The notes under the pieces were generated by a model. That model saw only the letters and a list, made by a program, of their open reading frames with translations. It had not been told where the DNA came from and searched no databases. The translations under genes and the position numbers were made by a program. From the IMG/VR virus record IMGVR_UViG_3300020180_000001: a DNA stretch of 64,000 nucleotides. One strand, given 5' to 3'. Shown here in pieces: positions 57,154-64,000 of the stretch (positions within the stretch are counted from its first letter, which is position 1; each line of letters starts with the position of its first letter). The DNA is from an uncultured virus (IMG/VR IMGVR_UViG_3300020180_000001). Its lineage: Duplodnaviria; Heunggongvirae; Uroviricota; Caudoviricetes.

Positions 57154-57359
57154 TACGCTACGAAGAAACCTTTCATGTCGTAGGGTCTGATAGTTATGAA
57201 TTCACACTATGTATTCATCTTTTAAATGGTACCTACGTAGGCGAAATTACATTCGAGACAGACACAGTGTTTTTTAAAGACGGCATTTCTTTAAATGAAG
57301 TCGCCTTTGCTACCTTCACAGAGAAAGAAGAAATGTTTAACCAATATAGTTATGATTAA
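57150..57359 (+). CDS. Small protein, SLSEV family
   Basis: YEE..V.G..Y...Y.GEI...GISLNEVAF, similar to 56528. Confidence 0.55.
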   Translation: MIRYEETFHVVGSDSYEFTLCIHLLNGTYVGEITFETDTVFFKDGISLNEVAFATFTEKEEMFNQYSYD

Positions 57360-57846
57360 AAGTATATTATGCCTTTCTTTAGCGAGAAATATTAACGCCC
57401 AGGCAATCCTCGAGTTAATTCTTCGTTCTAATAACGAAGAGATCGTAGAACTCGATGACCTCCTTATTAAGGAGAATCTAATTAACGATACTCGTGAGTT
57501 TACTGAAGTGGCTTACGATATTTTGGCATCCTTACATACTAATATAACCCCTTTAAGATTTGAAGAGTTTTGGAAACTAATTCCTTATAATGATAGTCAT
57601 TCTAATTTCCCATCTTCTCGTATTCTTAGAACCAACCGGCAAGAAGTAGCCAAATGGTATGAGATTTGTATGTATTCCTGTCAAGAGCAGGAGATGATTG
57701 AAGGACTTAAAAATTACATCAATCAATTAAAAGCAGATCAGACAACTAACCAACTATTGTACATGAAACCAATAGAGAAGTTTCTTATCAATCAAGAATT
57801 TAAAAATTACTCTAACTTAACGAAAGCACTTAATGTATTACTCTAA
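57352..57846 (+). CDS. Putative replication initiator/helicase-loader-like protein
   Basis: FEEFWKLIP...YMKPIEKFL pattern; directly upstream of DnaB. Confidence 0.5.
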   Translation: MIKSILCLSLARNINAQAILELILRSNNEEIVELDDLLIKENLINDTREFTEVAYDILASLHTNITPLRFEEFWKLIPYNDSHSNFPSSRILRTNRQEVAKWYEICMYSCQEQEMIEGLKNYINQLKADQTTNQLLYMKPIEKFLINQEFKNYSNLTKALNVLL

Positions 57847-58699
57847 CGGCGCAAAGCATATTTCAGAAGGAGTTGAGAGTTACCTTTCTCAGCAGAAAAA
57901 TCAAATCCCTCCTGCGAATATCTTTTGTTTAAAATTACATAATCTGTTTAACGGGCTTCCCTGGGGTAGAATATTATCTATATCAGGGTTACCTTCATCT
58001 GGCAAATCTCTTTTCTTAGAGATGCTTAAATCAGAGTTTCTAAAAGATGAGAGTATAGAAATACTATCCTTTGAATTAGAAATGTTGATTGAGGATCAGA
58101 TAGAGAGAAGGGTGAAGTATAATACTTTAGATGCTATTTCAAATCAAAATTTGCACTACATAGATAAGTTATTAACTCCTGCTCAGATCATAGAACAGAT
58201 AACAGCGTTTGCACAATCTTATGTCCAACCCCGGGGAAAGAAACTAATAGTTACCTTAGACCATACCCTTATGATAAAGGGTGATGATGAAAAGAAGAAA
58301 ATAGATGCTCTAATGCAAGGATTAGTAGAACTCAAAATAGAACTGCATACCCTTAATATTCCTGCATCTTTTGTGATACTGTCTCAATTAAACAGGGATA
58401 TAGAAAACGACTCTCGGGTAACTAATCCCTTTTTACATTACCCGAAGAAATCTGACATCTTCGCAGCGTCTTCAGTATTCTATTGCAGTGACTATCATTT
58501 CACTGTTCACAGACCTAAAATAATTTCAGGGATAGGTGAGTACTACGGACCTCCTATGGAAGGATATCCAAGAGGGCTTCCTACTACCAAAGATGGTAAG
58601 GACGCTGTTTACGTACATGTACTAAAAAACCGATTTGGCAGATTGGGCGTAATTGCTTTTTACGAAGATTACGAAAATGCTAAAATTATAGAATGGTAG
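57833..58699 (+). CDS. dnaB: DnaB-like replicative helicase
   Basis: GLPSSGKS, FELEM, LDH, LSQLNR, KNRFG. Confidence 0.85.
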   Translation: MYYSNGAKHISEGVESYLSQQKNQIPPANIFCLKLHNLFNGLPWGRILSISGLPSSGKSLFLEMLKSEFLKDESIEILSFELEMLIEDQIERRVKYNTLDAISNQNLHYIDKLLTPAQIIEQITAFAQSYVQPRGKKLIVTLDHTLMIKGDDEKKKIDALMQGLVELKIELHTLNIPASFVILSQLNRDIENDSRVTNPFLHYPKKSDIFAASSVFYCSDYHFTVHRPKIISGIGEYYGPPMEGYPRGLPTTKDGKDAVYVHVLKNRFGRLGVIAFYEDYENAKIIEW

Positions 58700-59061
58700 A
58701 AAACGAACCCGATAATCAGATCTCATACGACTCTATGTATAAGTCCAAATTACACTTTGGACAGATCATAAAAACTCGTAATAGAATAGGTAGAGTGTCT
58801 CTAAAAAGAACCTTTCCCTTTTGTAGATTTAGCACAGAAGCAATATCATCCTTCGATGGAATGTTACGGTGGGCTATGCACAATTTATCCAATTCCGCTT
58901 TCAAAGCCTTCTCAGCACGTTTGGAGCAGAGAGATGGAACATGGCACTTTGATAATCAGCCCACATATATGGGGTACTATTATGCAGTACTCTTAGAAAA
59001 AACGAAAATACAATTACTACCAGCGGACGAGTTTTCTCGAATGTTCGCATATACAGATTAA
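58693..59061 (+). CDS. Hypothetical protein
   Basis: ORF track. Confidence 0.45.
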   Translation: MVENEPDNQISYDSMYKSKLHFGQIIKTRNRIGRVSLKRTFPFCRFSTEAISSFDGMLRWAMHNLSNSAFKAFSARLEQRDGTWHFDNQPTYMGYYYAVLLEKTKIQLLPADEFSRMFAYTD

Positions 59062-59063
59062 TT

Positions 59064-59393
59064 ATGAATATCATACATACACTACCTAAAGTAACACCTG
59101 CATTATTTCTTATATTCAGTCTCGAAGAGATTGAAACCTTAAAGAATGATCCCCGGTATAATATATACACTTCAACTTGGGATAATGAACTTGTTGGAAA
59201 CGAGTTTGTATTCCCGGAAGGGAAAGTGCAAGGTCCTCAGTACGCATTGCTACTGGATCAACAGGCTCTTGTGGCTTTAAAACATAGCCCCGTCTATTCT
59301 TTATCGGATGTGTTGAATTATAACTACGTTTACCAAAATGAGACACAGCTGGATAATACTGGTACTACTCCTGACGAGTTGCCATTACGATAG
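59064..59393 (+). CDS. Hypothetical protein
   Basis: ORF track. Confidence 0.45.
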   Translation: MNIIHTLPKVTPALFLIFSLEEIETLKNDPRYNIYTSTWDNELVGNEFVFPEGKVQGPQYALLLDQQALVALKHSPVYSLSDVLNYNYVYQNETQLDNTGTTPDELPLR

Positions 59394-59619
59394 ATACTAC
59401 AGAAGCGACTACCATCTACATAGTTATCTAACGAATAGTTCCAACGGTAAGGTTTTCAAGGTAAATGGGCAACCATATACCTTGAAAGCCCCTTATGGAG
59501 TAATGGACAGTGTGTACAGACGGTATTATCCTGATGTACGACTGGTTAAGAAAATAAGGAGATCTAAATATAGGAACATAAGTCACGAAGATCTACTATA
59601 CTGGTTAAAATTGGAATGA
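59338..59619 (+). CDS. Small lipoprotein
   Basis: MRHSWIILVLLLTSC lipobox. Confidence 0.55.
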   Translation: MRHSWIILVLLLTSCHYDRYYRSDYHLHSYLTNSSNGKVFKVNGQPYTLKAPYGVMDSVYRRYYPDVRLVKKIRRSKYRNISHEDLLYWLKLE

Positions 59620-59867
59620 AAAAGTACGAAATCAAGATCCCACACTCTATATTAGAAGAAGAAGTAATTCTCATGAACCCCTGTGGGAGGAGAGTTACTT
59701 CTGCAGACGACTACCCATTCTTTTCCAAATTGGAAGAGTTGGTAGAAGAATTATTACATACCACCTGGGACCAAACCTTTACTACGGTCAATAGCCAGAT
59801 AATCATAGCAACAGACGATGAAAAATGTAAAAACATTGCCGCCAAATACGGATACCGCTGTTCCTGA
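59616..59867 (+). CDS. Hypothetical protein
   Basis: ORF track. Confidence 0.45.
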   Translation: MKKYEIKIPHSILEEEVILMNPCGRRVTSADDYPFFSKLEELVEELLHTTWDQTFTTVNSQIIIATDDEKCKNIAAKYGYRCS

Positions 59868-60021
59868 GATTAAATTGAATAATCAAGGGACGAGTAAAAC
59901 TACACGTAACTGTTCTAAGTGTAAGAGTACTGGTAAAAGCATGACATACGGTGATCTTATTCTTAAATGTATCAAATGTAAAGGGACAGGGTTTGTTACA
60001 ATAAACCCCGAACTTGTCTAA
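59818..60021 (+). CDS. Small protein with DnaJ-type zinc finger (CxxCxGxG)
   Basis: CSKCKSTG...CIKCKGTG. Confidence 0.5.
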   Translation: MKNVKTLPPNTDTAVPEIKLNNQGTSKTTRNCSKCKSTGKSMTYGDLILKCIKCKGTGFVTINPELV

Positions 60022-60323
60022 TGGACTTATTTAATTTTATAAACTCAAACAAAGAAGAGTTTTTAGATGAACACGATATGAATAAAGATGTTCGTGATTG
60101 GTGGGGCACCCTGAGTTCTACCGAACAGTTTCACCTCGCCCAGCAGATGTACCCCAATGCCAACGCTGCTCTGACAAACGTAAAGATTACCAAATCCGAT
60201 ATGACCACCATGAGGAAGTTGTATACCAACGACCCTACTATAGGAGGAGGATTTGGAAACATGTCATCGTTTGATATATTTGGTACTAAGGAAAAGGAAA
60301 AGAAAAAGGGATGGTTTTTTTAA
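60021..60323 (+). CDS. Hypothetical protein
   Basis: ORF track. Confidence 0.45.
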   Translation: MDLFNFINSNKEEFLDEHDMNKDVRDWWGTLSSTEQFHLAQQMYPNANAALTNVKITKSDMTTMRKLYTNDPTIGGGFGNMSSFDIFGTKEKEKKKGWFF

Positions 60324-60515
60324 TATGTTTTAACGCGTCCATAAGGGCACTGCAGAAGGCAAAGAAAAAACTCCCCAAAGATGTAGTGATTAAGATCCGA
60401 CCTGCCCTGTTAAAGGTTAATGAGGTAACACTTGATCACAACAAAGAATACGTTATCTTTTCAAAATATGGCGATAAGCCAATACTGACTCGTAAAGAAT
60501 TATACGAAAATACAT

Positions 60516-61175
60516 ATGGCAATATTAGTTCAAATTACTGGGGATCCAGCCTCACGAAAAACGACTGGTGGGTCCTTTTTGGTCCCAAAAAATACGTTCT
60601 GGATTGATGCAGACGGCAAGGGGTTACCGTGGACTCAATGGAAACGGGATTATGTAAAAAATGTAAACTACTTCGTGCCTAACAGTACGGAGCAGGCTAT
60701 TAATGTAATCAAAAAGATTGCTCAACAGCCTGAAATAACTGCTATAGTGGTTGACACTATCAACGCACTAATGACCAATGCGGAGATGGATATCTACAAG
60801 AACCAAAATAGTAGAGATGCCTGGTCTGACTTAGCAGCAGATATCTATGAACTTTACAAAGTTGTTAGGGAAATCCAGAGGGACGATTTAGTTGTATTTG
60901 TATTAGCCCATCCTGAGTACTACGACGTTAACGGTATTACCAAGGTAAGGACTAAAACTAATGGAAGGAAACTAAGTAAGATTGTACTTGGTGCATTTCT
61001 GAATTACAACTTCAGAGCAGAGTTAGCACCAACCGGGGACTCAGGACAGTTTGATGCTCTCTTGAGAACTCAAACAGATGGTCAGGATGAGTCTCGTTCT
61101 CCCCATAACATGTTTGAGTATAGAATTCCTAACAATTTAGAAATAATAAGAAAAACAATTATCGAAAATGAATAG
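60516..61175 (+). CDS. AAA_24/Sak4-like P-loop ATPase
   Basis: ITGDPASRKTT, IDADGKGLP, IVVDT, LAH, KTNGRK, RSP..MF. Confidence 0.75.
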   Translation: MAILVQITGDPASRKTTGGSFLVPKNTFWIDADGKGLPWTQWKRDYVKNVNYFVPNSTEQAINVIKKIAQQPEITAIVVDTINALMTNAEMDIYKNQNSRDAWSDLAADIYELYKVVREIQRDDLVVFVLAHPEYYDVNGITKVRTKTNGRKLSKIVLGAFLNYNFRAELAPTGDSGQFDALLRTQTDGQDESRSPHNMFEYRIPNNLEIIRKTIIENE

Positions 61176-61677
61176 TTATCAGACAAAAATGTATCTCCCG
61201 CAAATAAAGTCGGCGGGACTTACTCCGGGAGTACATGAAGTAACAATTAAAGCAATAACCGTCGACCGCCAGTTTATTGAAATCAGTTTTACCTCGGTTA
61301 ATGGAGGGGCCAGAATGCGTCTCTGGACAGAGCCTAAGATTTGGGGTAAGGAAACTTTATTAGAGGCTGTTGCGAACCGGGATTTGAAGAATATCCCGCA
61401 GTTAGTACATATCGCAACAACAATTGTTGGGATAGAAAAGGTATCGAAGTTACAAGCGGAGACTTATGAAGACTTGATGGCTCTGCTCGTCAAGGAAATT
61501 AATATGGCTGGCCCTAAGCCTTTCCTGCTAAAAGTTGTTATGGATAAGGAAAATAAATACAGTATTGTACCTTCATATTTCCCCTTTACTGAACCTATAG
61601 GGGGAACTACTTTAAAGGTAAACCCTAAAGAAATGGGTGAGCAAAGGAATGCGGTAGTTGACGACTTCCCATTCTAA
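61168..61677 (+). CDS. Putative ssDNA-binding protein (DUF669-like)
   Basis: LTPGVHEVTI, acidic C-terminus DDFPF; follows the Sak4-like gene. Confidence 0.6.
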   Translation: MNSYQTKMYLPQIKSAGLTPGVHEVTIKAITVDRQFIEISFTSVNGGARMRLWTEPKIWGKETLLEAVANRDLKNIPQLVHIATTIVGIEKVSKLQAETYEDLMALLVKEINMAGPKPFLLKVVMDKENKYSIVPSYFPFTEPIGGTTLKVNPKEMGEQRNAVVDDFPF

Positions 61678-61732
61678 ATAAGGCGGGAGTGCAGTGTACT
61701 GCTATATGGGGGTTCATTACCCCCACTCCCAC

Positions 61733-62002
61733 ATGGATATATTTGAGTTGTTCAATCTTTACCTCAGAAGTAATAATCAGCAAAGAATCAAAATAAAAGA
61801 ATCGATAGAGAAACGATTAGAAGGTATAGTTAGAGTAAGTTTTGAATGTGTTATAGTTGTACAAGACGTCTCAAAGCCGTGTAAAGGAGAGGTTAATATA
61901 ACATTACATATAGACCAAGTATGGCAAATAGAATGCTACATCATAGAACAAACTAAATGCAGCACTATTAAGGATCTCAAGATTAAGCATATAAAATTAT
62001 AA
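61733..62002 (+). CDS. Hypothetical protein
   Basis: Likely start MDIFEL. Confidence 0.4.
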   Translation: MDIFELFNLYLRSNNQQRIKIKESIEKRLEGIVRVSFECVIVVQDVSKPCKGEVNITLHIDQVWQIECYIIEQTKCSTIKDLKIKHIKL

Positions 62003-62937
62003 TGTTATTGGCAAAGAACTTCGTTCCCTTGGGAGAACGGCAATTAATGGAATACTTCGGAGGACCAGTAATCTTCGGAGTTAATATAGCAAACCCATGT
62101 AGGAAAGATAGTTCAGACACCTCATCTTCTTTCCTGCAAACTAATACCGGAGGAGTAGTTATTATGGACTACGCACGTGCTACTTTACATAACTGGAGAG
62201 ATGTAGCAAGAATGAAATTAGGGACTGATAATCTTGGAGTAAGGAAACACGTACAAAAGCACTATGACGAGATTAGTCAGTACTCTAATGCAATGGTCGT
62301 GTCTTCTCGAAAGGAATTTGATTTTGTACTCAAGCCTTTTAGTAAAGAAGAATTGGATTGGTGGAAAGCCCAAGGTATAGAACAAGATACACTTCAAAAG
62401 TTTAATGTACGCAGTGTAAAAACTGTCTACATAGATTGCCAAGTGGCTTACAAGAGTACTTCTATAAACCCCATATACTTATACAAGTATAGTTCAGGAA
62501 GTATAAAATTGTACAGGCCTTTTGCTCCGAAGAAAAATAAATGGGTGTCTACTACTTCTGTACAGGATGTAGCGGGGCTACCCCAGTTACAACCAGGTAG
62601 ATTACTAATCATTACAAAATCCCATAAAGATGTAATGTTTCTTAGTAGTCTTGGACTCAATGCTATCTCTTTTCAGGGTGAGAGTGTAGGTGTAGGCAAG
62701 AACGAGGAGCCATATATAAAGACTTTAATATCATACTTAAAAACTAAATACAAGTATATAGTGTGGCTATATGATAATGACGAGACCGGTTTGAAAGCAG
62801 CGATTAAACTGTCTTCTTTATACGGAGGAAATTATCTGTTGTTGCCTGAAAAAGATGCTACCGATACTTACAAAAAATACAAAAAAAAGACATGGAAAAT
62901 CTTAAAAAGGCGTTTAGCACAATGCTTACGCCATTGA
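62002..62937 (+). CDS. DNA primase (Toprim, crAss-like)
   Basis: KLYRP...KW, IITKSHKDVM, QGES, YDNDETG, KDATD. Confidence 0.85.
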   Translation: MLLAKNFVPLGERQLMEYFGGPVIFGVNIANPCRKDSSDTSSSFLQTNTGGVVIMDYARATLHNWRDVARMKLGTDNLGVRKHVQKHYDEISQYSNAMVVSSRKEFDFVLKPFSKEELDWWKAQGIEQDTLQKFNVRSVKTVYIDCQVAYKSTSINPIYLYKYSSGSIKLYRPFAPKKNKWVSTTSVQDVAGLPQLQPGRLLIITKSHKDVMFLSSLGLNAISFQGESVGVGKNEEPYIKTLISYLKTKYKYIVWLYDNDETGLKAAIKLSSLYGGNYLLLPEKDATDTYKKYKKKTWKILKRRLAQCLRH

Positions 62938-63179
62938 TATTGGTATTATGGTTGCTAACACTGTTTATTATAATTGATTATAGGTTAACTCGCCCTATAC
63001 CTCAATCCTGTGGATACTATCTAATCTACAATAAAGGCTCCAAAGGATTTATGGATAGTCAGGCAGAGTTTTACCCTTCTATGCCTATAATAGATGCCAG
63101 GTTAAAAATGCTTCAGGAGGCCGTAGATTATCCGGATGATAGCATTAAGTACGATATAATCCCATCCTGTGATAAATAG
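62922..63179 (+). CDS. Small membrane-anchored protein
   Basis: N-terminal TM segment; likely start MLTPL. Confidence 0.4.
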   Translation: MLTPLILVLWLLTLFIIIDYRLTRPIPQSCGYYLIYNKGSKGFMDSQAEFYPSMPIIDARLKMLQEAVDYPDDSIKYDIIPSCDK

Positions 63180-63738
63180 GACATCAGTACTATATGCCGA
63201 GTATCAGAAAAATGCAGATAGTTCATATATGGCTTACCTGCGTAACAGCGGTATTACTGAGGATTACCTGGTATTACTATATAAAGAGTTTGAAATATTA
63301 AGGACCTTAGCAATTACTAAAGGAATCCCTGTTGATCCCTTACGGGCATTTAAGACTACAGATGTAACTGAGATTAAACGGGTTATTGTGGGCTTGAGGC
63401 CTTCTATAGGATGCAACGGCATAGCGTTTTCTAATATGCCTTACAACAGGTTCCTATATAAAGGAGTGATATCAAAGAGTGACTATAATGAGTTCAAAGA
63501 TTTACTATGGGTGAGAGACACTCTTTATCTTAACCTGTCTTTATCCTATCGTGTAAAGACTAATGATAACGAAACTATATGGTGGGAGTTCACAATCCCC
63601 GTACTGCAACGTCTACACACACTTGGGTGCCCAATAATAACTCTTCATAGTGAGAGTACCAGCATCTTAACAAAACACAATATCCCATGTATTAAGATGC
63701 ATTGGGAGGATGTACATAAAATATGCCTTACTCAATAA
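63169..63738 (+). CDS. Hypothetical protein
   Basis: ORF track. Confidence 0.5.
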   Translation: MINRTSVLYAEYQKNADSSYMAYLRNSGITEDYLVLLYKEFEILRTLAITKGIPVDPLRAFKTTDVTEIKRVIVGLRPSIGCNGIAFSNMPYNRFLYKGVISKSDYNEFKDLLWVRDTLYLNLSLSYRVKTNDNETIWWEFTIPVLQRLHTLGCPIITLHSESTSILTKHNIPCIKMHWEDVHKICLTQ

Positions 63739-64000
63739 AATTAGCAAACCCAGGAGCAAAACAACTATCCTTGGGCGAATACAAGCAAAATATTGCAGTT
63801 CTTTTTCATTCAACTAACGATGAACCGAAAGGTATCCCCTTCAACTCCAACTCAGGACTTAGAACTATTGAAAACAAACCAAAACTATTTCGTCTGTTGG
63901 ATGACCTAAAGATTGAAACAGTACCCTACAGTACGGTAATAAACGCAGAGGCGGATGGGACTGCATTCTCCTTCTTAGAAGGAGAGTTTCTGTCTAATGA
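63723..64000 (+). CDS. Hypothetical protein, truncated by the window end
   Basis: MPYSIKLANPGAKQLSLGEYKQN... appears open to the end. Confidence 0.45.
   Translation, partial: MPYSIKLANPGAKQLSLGEYKQNIAVLFHSTNDEPKGIPFNSNSGLRTIENKPKLFRLLDDLKIETVPYSTVINAEADGTAFSFLEGEFLSN

Noticed and set aside
60311..60607. 98 aa ORF overlapping the Sak4-like gene
   Set aside because: About 90 nt overlap with 60516..61175 and no recognisable motif; may be real but not supported well enough to list.
1..64000. Stop-codon reassignment as in some crAss-like phages
   Set aside because: Long genes (terL, portal, MCP, PolA, fibres) are intact in the standard code, TAG and TGA end genes at sensible boundaries, and no suppressor tRNA was seen.

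Overview
This window is about 64 kb of a crAss-like (Crassvirales-type) phage genome, and the host is most likely a Bacteroidota. The left ~27 kb is a minus-strand morphogenesis module. Read in transcription order it has: HU-like protein, GroES-like protein, GroEL, large terminase, portal, scaffold-like protein, major capsid protein, holin-like genes, crAss gene 75/74/73-like proteins, a block of fibre-like genes, DUF5675, ring/IHF-like genes and a truncated muzzle (stabilization) gene. From ~28 kb the genes are on the plus strand. An early region has a cassette-like array of seven CPxGWS paralogues with repeated hairpin, pseudoknot and terminator elements, followed by a TPR protein, two GH73 hydrolases, a MoxR/vWA pair and an AAA ATPase. 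After a ~1.4 kb non-coding gap comes the replication module (PolA, SF2 helicase, initiator-like protein, DnaB, Sak4-like ATPase, SSB-like protein, primase). The most notable observations are: (1) two apparently paralogous ~530-630 nt structured non-coding RNAs on the minus strand (~27.0-27.6 kb and ~47.0-47.5 kb), each behind a near-identical Bacteroidota TAnnTTTG promoter; (2) five consecutive genes in the fibre block with Sec-type signal peptides ending at Gln; (3) the repeated regulatory cassette array; (4) four truncated tRNA-like T-loop elements. All protein calls come from motifs and gene order read by eye; no database searches or folding were run.
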